Assembly (NCBI GenBank): GCA_973895155.1
Contig: OZ316895.1
Span: 21,712,558 to 21,776,557, forward strand
Reading direction: 5' to 3'
Source of the DNA: Marsupella aquatica
Taxonomy: Eukaryota; Plantae; Marchantiophyta
Length of the DNA: 64,000 nt
Shown piece after piece: positions 49,648 to 60,851 of the stretch. The notes under the pieces are model-generated. The model was given only the letters and a program-made list of their open reading frames with translations. It was not told where the DNA came from and searched no databases. The stretch's first letter is position 1. Each line of letters starts with the position of its first letter. A program made the position numbers and the translations under genes.

Positions 49648-52510
49648 ATGGAGGCAGAAGTCTGTGATGAAAATGAAGTGCCAGATTGGATGAGAGGGGA
49701 TGCATATCCATTACACATTCCAGATCATGAGAGGCTTCCGTTGCCTCCAAGCAATGAGCTGCAGCGTCGTTTTGCAGTTTGGAATTCTGAGATTGAACAA
49801 GTTAATCCACTATTGAGAGGGAAGTCCCCACATGAGGTGGAAGAGGAGGCTACTCGTATTAGGCTTGGAGAATCTTTCTCCACTTTTAATGAATTTGATC
49901 GCTGCTTGGATTCATGGAGTGTGCTGCATGGGAGGGTGAGCCACAGGCTGGCAACAAAATACAAGTTCAGAGTTAGAGTTTGTCGATTTGGACCTAACAC
50001 CAGACCTCGTTGGAGAGGAAGCAATTCAAATTCAGGCCCAGACTCTGAGATATATAGAAATTGCAGGCTTTCATGAAGCTGAATTTAGTAATTTGGCAAG
50101 ATCCCAGGAAGATTGTGGTGACAAAGACATTGCAGGGGAACTGACAACTACTCCAAGGCCCATCAATTCCACAGCACCATTACAAGAAATTGTGGCCAAT
50201 ACTATTCCACAGTCCATTGGAACTAACAATAACCGAAGAGAATACGTGGCACATACTAGGGAGTGGATCCCTGCAAGTTTTCCACAGCAACAGGCAGCAG
50301 GGGCGAAGCTGCGGAATCAGTCAAAAACCGGAGCATGTGAAGAGCAATGTCGGTTCTTGCCACCACAAGACAGTGACAACACTGAATTGATTCAGCCCTG
50401 CCCATTTCGAGTAAGATGTCAACGTGAGAAGGATGGGAAGTTTACAATCACAGTATGCAATCTGCAGCATACATGTCCAGGTTACAAGCATAAGTGGCGA
50501 GGCCCTGTCCAAAAATCTGCATGGTTGGGTGTGACGCTAGCGCCTCGAGTAGTGCTAAATGTCCAAGTGCCAGTGAAGGAGATGTTAAATGGACTCAAGA
50601 TGGACTACAAAAAGAGTTGTAGTTACCATCAGATGTGGCGGGCTCGAGATCTTGTTAGAGATTGGTACCTTGGTGGCCAGCGCCAGAGTTTCCTCCTAAT
50701 CCCATCTTTGCTGGATAGAATGAAGGCTGTTGATCCAGAGTGTGTAGTGGATTGGTCTACTGTGGAAGGCAGTAGAGTTTTCAATCGAGCTTTCATATGC
50801 CCATCTGCAACCCGCACAACTTTACAGTACAGCCAACCTGTGGTGTGCATTGATGCTTGCCACACCAAGAATCGGAAGTATCCTATTCAACTTTTTGTAG
50901 CTACAACACTTGATGGAAACTCTCAAGTGAACATTCTATGTTATGCCATTGCTCCTGTGGAAAATACTAACAATTGGACATGGTTTTTGTCATGGTTGGA
51001 GCGATCAGTTCATGGCATAGCAGACCCTACGATTCCATTGATTTCTGACAGACAGAAGGGCTTGCAAGCAGCTGTTCGAAATGTGTTCCCAACAAAAGTT
51101 CATGGCCACTGTGCCAACCATTTGAGAGCCAACGTTAGGAAACGTCACGGCAAGGGAGCGGAACGAATCTTTCTGGCTTGTGTGTATGCCAACACTAAGA
51201 GACGGTAAGCTAAGGCCCAAGTCTAGTACAGTGAAATGTTTTACTTTCAGTTTGACTAAGGAAGGGCTAAACCTTACAGAGATTGACTTTGCTTATACAT
51301 TGGCATTCACATGGGCTGCAGGTTTGAGCTGTTGTTGGACCACTTGTCATCATCTATCACAGACGGGGCTGAAGCAGTAAAGTACATCAGAGACATGGAC
51401 GAGAATTGTTATGCTAGACATGCATTCCCCTTGCCCCGACTTGGGAAGGTTACCAGCAACCCTGTGGAGCAAGCCAACTCAGGTCTGCTCCCATTAGGGA
51501 GTTTGCACCTTTTAAAGTGCTAATGTAGTTGTGGTATTACATCCAGACCCATTACAACAACAAGAAATCTGCTGCAATTGCAAGACAAGAGACTTACAGC
51601 CAGCAAGCCTCGAAGAGACACACAAAGAACCTGCGAAACTTTGGACAGTGGCAAGTGCTAGATGATGGACAATGCCAAGCAAAAGTTCAGACCACAGACC
51701 AACAAGAGGAGTATTTGGTCACACTATCACCAAAACTCAGTTGCAGTTGTGTGGAGTTACAAGAAATGTTATGGCCATGTGAACATTTAATGGCTTGGTA
51801 TGACAGGGACGGGAAGGACTTCACTCAACATTTCCACCACTGCTGGAAAATGGCTTCTTTGCGAAAGTTATATGAGCCTAAGGTACCTTGTTTCCTGGTT
51901 TCTGATTTAGACCCGTCAGAGCACTGTCTACCTCCTATTCCAGCTGTGAAAAAAGGCAGGCATCGAGTGGTGCGGATTGAGAGAGGCAACAGATCATCCA
52001 TAGCATCAGAACTTGCTCAAGACGAGTATGTGGATGTAGAGGGTAATTTGTTTCGACAATTTCCAATTCGAGATGACAGTCATAGGATCACACCAATGCA
52101 AACTGCACAAACTACAGCCAGGTGTGAACAAGTTCTGAGAGGAAGGCAGGGTTCAACCAGGACTAGCAGGAGGCCTCAAGTGAATACTGGAAAGACAATG
52201 CTCTGTTTGTGGTCAAGTGGGCCACAACAGGAGAACTTGTCCTGTTAATAGAGGTACAACTCCTGCACAAGTAGTACCAGAAGATGATGGACAAGACTTG
52301 GGTGACCATGCACAACCGACTTCTCAGCTAGTGAACCCATCAGGCCCACTTGCAGTATTGTTGGACAGTTTAGACAATTCATGTGAATCTGATAGTGTGG
52401 ATCCAATGAACTCAGATCAGGAACCAAGTGAAGTCAGTGACATGGATTATTTCATTAGCCTTGCAGATGAGATAGCAAGAGAATCAGCAAGTGGAGCATT
52501 TGACCCATAG
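49648..52510 (+). pseudogene. MuDRA-like transposase, disrupted (frameshifts ~50055, ~51490, ~52190; TAG at ~51526; intron 51206-51321)
   Basis: CPFRVRC...HTC, MULE DDE core CIDACHTK..YPIQLFVATTLDGN...AIAPVE...WTWFL...LISDRQKGLQAAV..VFP..HGHCANHL, TSNPVEQANS, SWIM finger CSC...WPCEH, and zinc knuckle CSVCGQVGHNRRTC. Confidence 0.92.
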
Positions 52511-52637
52511 AATCACATGGACCACTACAGAAACAGGTAGCAAGAAAACCACTGTAATTGCATGCCAACTTCATTCAAATAAAATGCTTCATATTTATTC
52601 CAAAATTGGGAAATTGGTATGTGAGAATTCTCTATCT

Positions 52638-53186
52638 CTACATTTCGCCATTTCCACAAAATATCTCACCACAAGACACACATCTATAAACATGATGCCC
52701 TGCATCATCTAATCCCATAAATTCTATGTTTTGCCTATGACATGAATATGGGATATATCCTGTGGCAGCCAACTCCCTGTCCATCCAATTCTCTCCTTGT
52801 AATATAGATGTAAAGGACTTGTGTTTGGCCCCACTGTACTTATTGACATGTCTGGCAGCCTCCTCCCAAGTCTTGTATATTCCTGGAGTTCTCCCTATGG
52901 CCACTGCATACCATTTTTGCTTGGAGAAAACTCCTAGGTTACAATTATATGGTCTAGTGATTGCACTACCGAGAAATGCACTAGGTGTAGCGCAAGGAGT
53001 AGACACTAAACAATTGGGTGGATATATGTGGACATTTCCACAAAGCTCTTCATTGTCGACAGGCACGACTCCTTCCACAGTTGTTGGCTCAGATCCAAGT
53101 GCAGTAGGGAGTGGGCGGAGTCGCTCCAACATGAGATGCACAGTGCCAAAAATGGCACTAAGTGCCTCTACAAGTAACCAGAGCAA
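52638..53186 (-). CDS. MULE accessory ORF with an RNase H1 N-terminal hybrid-binding (Cauli_VI/viroplasmin) domain and a C-terminal Cys/His motif
   Basis: KWYAVAIGRTPGIYKTWEEAARHVNKYSGAKHKSF matches the hybrid-binding domain consensus (YAV..GR..GIY.TW.E....V..Y.GA..KSF). The C-terminus is CH...HHVYRCVSC...C. The first in-frame ATG is at 53132; the true start is uncertain. Confidence 0.75.
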   Translation of the reverse strand: MLWLLVEALSAIFGTVHLMLERLRPLPTALGSEPTTVEGVVPVDNEELCGNVHIYPPNCLVSTPCATPSAFLGSAITRPYNCNLGVFSKQKWYAVAIGRTPGIYKTWEEAARHVNKYSGAKHKSFTSILQGENWMDRELAATGYIPYSCHRQNIEFMGLDDAGHHVYRCVSCGEIFCGNGEM

Positions 53187-55592
53187 TGCACGACAAGCAA
53201 CCCAGAATTGGCTGTCAAAATGGTCTCTATAGCTTTAGCCATTGAACAGTCTTCCTGAACAGCTTACACAGAGCAAGCGATGCAATGTGTAAGCACTGCA
53301 GCTTCAACCACAAATTAACTCCTCCCCCCAGAACGCAACATGAAGCACCGACACTGCTCCCAAGTGATCCGCAGCGCGCTGACTTCTCTCTCCAGCACGC
53401 ACCTAGTTCACTTCTCTCCCCGGCCAGCACGCAGCTCAATCACTTCTTTCCCCAACATGCAGCTCAATCGAGAGCTCAATCAGCTTCAGGCGATCAGCCC
53501 TTTCACTTTTCCAGTCGAAGCTCTCCTCATAGCATCGACCACATCACTCTGTACGATCCTCACCCTCTCGCAGCCCAGCCCGGAGCGCAGCGTAGCTTCA
53601 ATCAATCACTCTCAACGATCAGTAATCCTCTAGCTCCTCTCGATCAGTGCAGCGCCGGGTGCAGCGCAGCTTTGACTCTCGACAATCCACCACAATGTAT
53701 CAACATTGGGTTCTCAATCAATGGCAATCGACGTTTTGCTTAGGAAGTCCAGGGCCTCGCCTCCCGTGAATGATGCAGTGGGGTCTTGCCTCCCGTGAGT
53801 GTTCCAACGGGTACACAATACACAGGCCCTGCCCCCCCCCCAACATAAAATTTTCCTGTTCTCACTTAGGTATGGTGTCAGAAATCTGCAGGGCCCGACA
53901 ACTTCTTGCTAAACGGCTCCAACCTACGTTTGAGGTCCCACCAAGTCATTTTGGACTTTTTGGGACTTGTTAAGTCGGCAGCTTTCAAGTGAGACCCCAC
54001 CAAGCAAATCTCTCTCATTTTTTGCTTTCCGTTGGATAGGCCGCAAACCCCCACCCAAGCCCTGCGTAGGGCCTTGGGCCAAGCTGGCGGGAGAAGCCCT
54101 GACTCATGCCCCTACACTCCCCCTGATGCATCAGAGTCTGGCCCTGCCCAGGCTTGCATGCTGCCTGCCCTGATCCCTGACGCTTATCCTTCACTAGCCT
54201 GGCGCATGCCCCGCCTCAGAGGCACCTGCCCCCAACCCTGGCTCACACTTTGTACCTGGTGGGTATTTGAGACTATTTAATGAAATGGGTATGTATAAGA
54301 CATATTACATGTGCTAGGGTATGTAGTATACACATAAAGTGTTTTTTTGGCACGGAGCATCCGCAAGGAGAATAGGTTGAAGCATATATTAATCAAAGCA
54401 ACAGATTGGTGAGATTGAGGCATAATTTGGCATGGAGCGAATAGAGGGAAATGATCCACATGAGAAAGTTGTTTGGCTATTTTCTCTTGAGAAGGGATGG
54501 ATGGTTATCTTTTCTTACCAAAAAAATCTCAATTTTAATGGTGTTGGAGGGAAGAAAAATGGGGAGGGATGGAGGGAGGGAGGGAGAGCAGGAGAAAAGA
54601 AGGAAGAGCATGGGGGAATAAGGAGGCAAGAAAAGGTTAAATATATGTTCTCCCTCCATATAGCATGAAGCAACCCAACCTGGATCCCACAATGCCTCAG
54701 ATGTTCTTACCAGTCTTACAGCATCCGCCCCCCGGGCCCTTGCCTTCCCACAGACATCACTTTTCCACACCAACTACATTGACTAACCAACAACCACGCA
54801 CCTAAACAATGCTTTTGCAAACATAATATGATTACACCCATGACATGGTTGGAATGACAACACTTCCGCAACAATCACACCGCCCTAATGACAATCCAGT
54901 TCAAACAACAACTAACTTTCAGAACCACAACAGTGACAACCCGACCACAAGCACAACACAGTCATAATTATAATACGGCTCAAAATTTAACTTTGCCTTT
55001 GCAAGATTTATCTTCCTCAATGACTTTCTCCATGACATCTTTTGCACAATGGTTTGTTTACTTAATGACTATCTTAATTTTTTGGATCGATATTATTTGC
55101 ACAATGACATATTTGACACATTGACATCTTTTCCGCATTGACATTTTTTAGACAACTACATCTTCTATGCAACTTGTGGGTATACACTATAAAATGCTAC
55201 CCTGCCTAAAAGCTTCCGTGGAGTCCATTAAAAAAAAGTGAAAACAGAGGGAACAAATAGTACCCTAAAATATATTGCTATGATTTTTGATACCGTTAGA
55301 TTGAGTGAAATAAAGGGGATAGAAAATGGAAAGGGATACCCATGGATATACTTGCTCTCACAACATAACATTGGTATGATCTAAGAATTTTTTTTTTGGC
55401 TTTTTGCTAGGGAGAAGGGAAAATTTCAATTTTTTTCCCTCCCTGTCTTCTACTTATCTTTCATATATTGGAGGGGGGGAGGGAGGGAGCCGAAGAGCCA
55501 GGGAGGGAGGCCGGAAGGAGAGAAAGGGAGGGCACAAGAGAGGAGCAAAGAAGAAAAAAGGAGGAAAAAAAGGGAAATAATATTCTCTCCCT

Positions 55593-55594
<2 letters not shown>

Positions 55595-55632
<38 letters not shown>
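55595..55632. repeat. (AT)n microsatellite
   Basis: About 19 AT units. Confidence 0.95.
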
Positions 55633-55634
<2 letters not shown>

Positions 55635-56431
55635 TTGGGCTACCACACTTGACACTATACACCCCATCCACTGCCCCTGTTTTGCAGCCCACCCTCCCAC
55701 GCCCTTGCACTCCCCAAGAACATTGCTTTCACAGCAACTCCTTGGGACATGCTGTACCTTGACATTTTTGCCTTGCCTTGACATTTTTTTTCACCTTGAC
55801 ATATTTTTTCTTCTCAACATATAATCTTTTTTTCACCTTGACATCTTTTCCTCACCTCAACATTGCTTTCTCACTTCAAATCTTTTTCTCACCTCAACAT
55901 CTTTTCTGTCCTCAACATTCTCTCTTTTCTTGACATTTTTCTTCACCTCAACATCGATTTCTCACCTTGACATCTTTTTTCACCTTGATGTCTTTTCTCA
56001 CACATCGTTTTCCTCACCTCAGCATCTTTTTCTCACCTAAGCATTTTTTGTGCAATGCACAGGCATTGGGCTAGTACTAGACATAACCTGGCACATGACC
56101 ACAACTAAAGTGCTTTGTTCACAAGAGGACTCGACATTTTTTCTCTCTCCCTACTCAGTCGTGCTAACTCTTTCACCCTCCCTAGTGCTCGTGCTTTATG
56201 TTTATATACCATCCCAGCTCCTTATTTTTCTTGTATATTAGCTAGAATCTGGTAGTTATATTTCTGAACTACCTTTCCTGGGGATACAAGTTGGAGAGGG
56301 ACATGGACTCTCCCTCCAAATTGATCTCCTTCCATAGTCCTACTTATTTTACTATTTGTGTAAAGGCCGTATCAGCAGTAACAATAACATGATCAATGGT
56401 GAGGGACCATATTGGGTAGAACCATTAAAGT

Positions 56432-56930
56432 ACAGTCATATCTCTCTAAGTGCACACTCCCCTGGAAGAAGCATCCAGTGTGCACTAAACTGGAGTCTGC
56501 GTTACGCGCGCCAACCTCTAGAATTTTGCTGTTATCTATAAGAGTTTATGGTTTACATCTCTTTGTTAATTATCCTCTGTGCAATTATTCTGTCAGTGAA
56601 CAGGCCGGTGATTCACACCCTAAACTGTATATTCCTGCCCTAAAGGAGGTCCCCTACCCCATAAGTACAATTTTTACTCTACCAAATATGTCAAGCACTT
56701 ATCAGTAAGTGAAATTTGAAGGGATTGACTGTGTGCTTATCTCTAGGTGTTCATATACACTTCCTGAGGATTTGCACTTATAATGCTGTCATTTAGCAAA
56801 ACATTTAGTCCTTTATGCACTTAAAAAAGGTGCAAAACAGTGCAAAATTCTATGCTGAAAAGGGAAAAAGGATGCCGTGCTGTTACGCAACTTTTGCAAC
56901 TATGAAGTGTGCACTTAGCTAGAGACATCT
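56432..56930. mobile_element. MITE (~490 bp) with short imperfect TIRs
   Basis: tctctctaagtgcacac (56441) vs gtgtgcacttagctagaga (~56907-56925); second copy at 4098-4550. The left end TA|CAGT is Tc1/mariner-like (inference). Confidence 0.55.
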
Positions 56931-57075
56931 GCATGACCAAAGGCAACCACATTCCGCTATGACCATGTCAAGATGTCCCATATGCTTCCCTGCGTACTGG
57001 GTCGGAAATGGTCAACCCTAATTTATAGTACAAGTGGATCAAGCCAAGGGGCTGGCTGCCCCAATTGAATGAATG

Positions 57076-57444
57076 ATGGTTTAGGTCAGTTGCCCAGGGG
57101 ATTAGCCTAGAACCAAGAGGTCCTGGGTTCAATTCCCCCTCCAGAAGGAAGCACACGCAAAGGGTGTGGACGGGATAAGTGCATGTGTGTGTGTAATGAC
57201 TGGAGTATTGGTTAGGCTGACCAGCTTTGAAGCCCTAGTTTAACCCTCTCTTCCTCCTGGTCTGGGTGCCTCTCAGATTGGGTACCACCCCCCTTGTGGC
57301 TACCCCAAAGAATTGCATGCCCTGGAGCAGAATGTCCATCCTCTGTGGGATGGGTGTGCTTTTGGGTTTCAAGGCCAAAAAAAATTTACTTTTTTGGGTT
57401 TGAAGGGAATTTTTTTTTTGGTTGGTTTCAAGGCCAAAAAAAAA
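57076..57444 (+). mobile_element. tRNA-derived SINE (copy 2)
   Basis: A-box-like ggtcagttg, B-box GGTTCAATTCC (57126-57136), (TG)n tract and repeated aaggccaaaaaaaa tail. It is absent from the paralogous position at ~39630. Confidence 0.75.
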
Positions 57445-57689
57445 TAGTAGTGTGGAGGAAGAGATGAGGATGCGCCTCCCTTTGGCCAGGTCAGAGCGTT
57501 GAAGTCGCCCAATGAAATCGAAGGCTAGCGTGAGCGCAATGTGCCGAAAATGTCTAAGACCGTCGATCTTGTCGGCGGCTCTTCACCATCTTTGACTACA
57601 GGAGAAAATACAGGGAAATAAATTTATGGACACTAATTTCAAGCATTCGCGCTGGCGAATCCCAGGACCGGCGGAGATCCATCGACTGC

Positions 57690-58300
57690 TTCAAACCATC
57701 GAAAGGAAAAATTCTAGCCCGTAGAGTCTTGTGCTGTTGACTGTGGGACCCCAGCTCTCAACCCTTCAAACCATCGAAAGAAAAATTCTAGCTCTTAAGA
57801 TTCTTGTGCTGTTGACTATCGGACCCCAGCTCTCATCCCTTTCGAGCTTTCTGATCGTCTCATAGGCTTCACCAAAGGATTTGTAATTTTGTATTCTCTC
57901 CAGGATTCTCGACAATCGTGCAGAGTCTGTAAACGTGCTGCTGCCGCACAAATTTCACTTTCTGTAGAATAAACAATTCGAGCTGCGAGTCAGTCGTTTG
58001 GGATTTGAAGGTGGGCCATTGCTTGCGTTGATCTGCGGGGTGATGCAGAAAGTTTCCATTTCCCCTACAACGAATTTTCGAGCTTTCTGATTGTCTCATC
58101 GGGTTTACCAAAGGATTTGTATTCTCTCCAGGATTCTCGACAATCGTGCCGAGTCTGTGAACGTGCTGCTGCCGCACAAATGTCACCTTCTGCAGAATAA
58201 ACAATTCGAGCTGCGAGTTGTCTTGTTGGGACTTGAAGGTGGGCCATTGCTGCATTGATATGCGGGGTGATGCAGACAGAAAGTTTCCATTTCCCCTACA
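57690..58300. repeat. Local tandem duplications (~77 bp x2 and ~235 bp x2)
   Basis: cttcaaaccatcgaaag..aaaattctag x2, and caccaaaggatttgta...gtattctctccaggattctcgacaatcgtgc...gaaggtgggccattgct...gggtgatgcaga...agtttccatttcccctaca x2. Confidence 0.8.
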
Positions 58301-58549
58301 GCGAAATGATTTCTGTCCACTCTCTGGGAAAGAAACGGTCTACACTCCAATCAGAGTTTCTGTTGATGTCGCACCGTTCAAGTGGGCGACATGATCGACA
58401 CTCGTGGTCTTCGGGCAAAGATACTCACGCAACGACCGTTTCTGTAGTCTAGATGACATTTTATCCACCTTGGGTGCAGTATGCTTGAGTGTCCATTCAC
58501 AGCCATTTAACATGCTAAAGATAGTGTACTGGGATAAAGGGGAGTTTGG

Positions 58550-59830
58550 ATTCATTTTATGGCTCCCCATGCCTTGCAAAGAGAGATGAAGCTAGAATAT
58601 AATTTGCTAGGAGACAAGCCACATATAAATCATTTTATGGCCCCCAATGCCTTGGAAAGAGAATTGTAACTAGAATATGATTTGCTAGCAGACAAGTTTA
58701 GTACCACTCGACCTAAAAATCATTTTATTGCCCCCAATGCCTTGGAATGAGAATCGTAACTAGAATATAATCTGCTAGGAGACAAGTTTAGTACCACTCC
58801 ATCTAAAAATCATTTATGGTCTTTAGAGGTTTCATTTTTACAAAATGACACATCATGTGCAATCATTTTATTTGTTTTAAGGGAAAATTTAATAATTTTC
58901 TTAGAAGAACAATTATAGGGTCTTTTAAATACAATTTTGAGACTTATAAATATATTAGGGTCTTCTTAATCAAATTTTTAAAATATTCTAATTTTATATG
59001 GAATTTTTTTTAAAAAAATTCTTACATATTAGGAGGTCTAAGACCTAAACTTGCCATGATGGGGAGGCCCCCATATAGTGAGAGCCCCAAGAATGCCCCC
59101 CCAATGCCTTGCAAAGAGAATTGTAGCTAAACTTTACTTTTCTAGGAGACAACTTTAGTATCACTCCACCTAAAAATCATTTAATGGCCCGCATGCCTTG
59201 CAAACAGAATTGTAGCTAAAGTATAATTTTCTAGGAGACAACGTTAGTACCACTCCACCTAAAAATCATTTTATGGCCCCCATGGCCCCATGCCTTGCAA
59301 AGAGAATTGTAGCTAAAGTATAATTTGCTAGGAGACAGTTTTTTATAGTAATTTTAAAAAGGTGAAATCTGTGAAACCCCACAAAAAGGGAAGAGTCAGT
59401 CACAATAGTCCCAAGACCTATCAGTTACTAGTCAAGGGAGTTATCACAAAGTCATGCCTTTCTGGACACTAAGAGACAACTTTAGTACCACTCCACCTAA
59501 AAATCATTTTATGGCCCCCATGCCTTGCAAAGAGAATTGTAGCTAAAGTATAATTTGCTAGGAGACGATTTTTTTATAGTAATTTTAAAAAGGGGAAATA
59601 TGTGAAACCCCACAAAAAGGGAAGAGTCAGTCACAATAGTCCCAAGACCTATTAGTCTCTAGCCAAGTGAGTTACCACAAAGTCATGCCTTTCTGGACAC
59701 TAAGAGACAACTTTAGTACCACTCCACCTTAAAATCATTTTATGGCCCCCAATGCCTTGCAAAGAGAATTGTAGCTAGAATGTATTTGCTAGGAGACAAG
59801 TTTAGTACCACTCCACCTAAAAATCACATA
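58550..59830. repeat. Satellite-like array of ~90-bp units with a ~240-bp higher-order duplication
   Basis: atggcccccaatgccttgcaaagagaattgtagctagaatataatttgctaggagacaagtttagtaccactccacctaaaaatcatttt occurs ~8-9 times; 59290-59520 is duplicated at 59520-59750. Confidence 0.85.
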
Positions 59831-60822
59831 GTTCACTGGCTAGGGCTTTTCTTGTTATGACAAGAAAAAAATCTGATGAGTAACATGTGAGTACATTTAA
59901 ATACAAATCTGATGAGGGACATGTGGGTACATTTTTTAATGTAAACGACTCCAAAATGGGAATGGACCAAGAGACCTCCAAGGGAGCCTGTCTACCATGT
60001 GCTCCACATAAGCAAAATTAGTTTCTCACTCCATTATAGGATGGGCAACAATTTAGATAGAAACGCTACCCTAAGTAAGGAGTAATAGTAATCATCTGTA
60101 GGTCAATCCTACTATTGTACAACCTTAGCTTCAAGAGAGGCCGAGACAGCACTCTAGAAACCCTGTCACTAATCACACATCAAAATATGATAATATAGGT
60201 TGTGCAGTCATTCATTTAAAGAAAATAAAGTAATCAAACATCAAAATGTGGTAATATACGTTACACACTTTTTGATTTAAAGAGAATAATGTGATAATAT
60301 AGGATGTGTGCACTCATTGACTTAAAGAGAATAAGGTGATAATATAGGCTGTGCACTCATTGATATAAAAAAATTTACCAGATTTATCATGCTATAAAGG
60401 AATGTCTTCGACATATAGATGTGGAGTTACCTGGACCCCTCTAGAAGGGTCCTGGCCCAGGCACGAGAATTCGCTAGGGGGCCAGACCCATACCGTTAGC
60501 GACCATTTATATTTGAGATTTCTGTTGCCAAGATTGCTTTTTCTGTACCGTACTTGGAAAGCAATGTATTCGATTGATTGGCCCTCGAGAAATTCCAGGG
60601 GTTGAAACTACACTCTTAGTTACTGCACACCGTTCGATATGATTATTCGAGGACTTTTGACAAAGCTTGAATGTAGAGAGGCCAAGTCTGTTCTCTGCAC
60701 GTGCAAATCCATAGTCTTGGTTAAAAAGAAACTTCCAGGACATTTCCAGGGGCTTGACTTTGGTTCCACACCCCTTTGGTGGTTGTGATGGGCCGTGCTA
60801 GTGAGCCGAGCTCCGCTGATGA

Positions 60823-60851
60823 TGAGGAGGAGGAGGAGGAGGAGGAGGAGG
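60823..60851. repeat. (GAG)n microsatellite
   Basis: About 9-10 units. Confidence 0.9.

Larger units (their letters stand above)
48956..54014. mobile_element. Mutator-like element (MULE), ~5.06 kb, long TIRs, 10-bp TSD
   Basis: TIR gagagatttt/gcttggtggggtctcacttgaaagctg.cgacttaacaagtcccaaaaagtccaaaatgacttggt.ggacctcaaacgtagg at both ends, with patchy inverted homology extending ~350-400 bp. TSD tcatgttttg (48946-48955) / tcattttttg (54015-54024). Confidence 0.92.
48850..56074 (+). mobile_element. Non-autonomous Helitron 2, head-to-tail with Helitron 1 and interrupted by a MULE
   Basis: 5' end TCTAACACTATAATA begins directly after the CTAG of Helitron 1. The 3' end has hairpin TGTGC-AAT-GCACA then GGGCTAG|T (56071-56075), preceded by the same cttgacat/ctcaacat minisatellite (55755-56045). 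Confidence 0.65.

Noticed and set aside
53285-53743. 152-aa plus-strand ORF in the MULE
   Set aside because: Low-complexity, overlaps the subterminal inverted repeat, and has no recognisable domain.
57076-57140. tRNA gene
   Set aside because: No complete cloverleaf, and it continues into a body and A-tail shared with 39928-40243, so it is a SINE head.
57480-58300. O-fucosyltransferase-like motifs (LGDFNAL, GSSTFT) on the minus strand
   Set aside because: The motif order is reversed relative to that family and HxRRGD is absent; too weak to call.
58550-59830. CRISPR-like array
   Set aside because: Eukaryotic context, whole units repeat without unique spacers, and there are no cas genes. It is a satellite.
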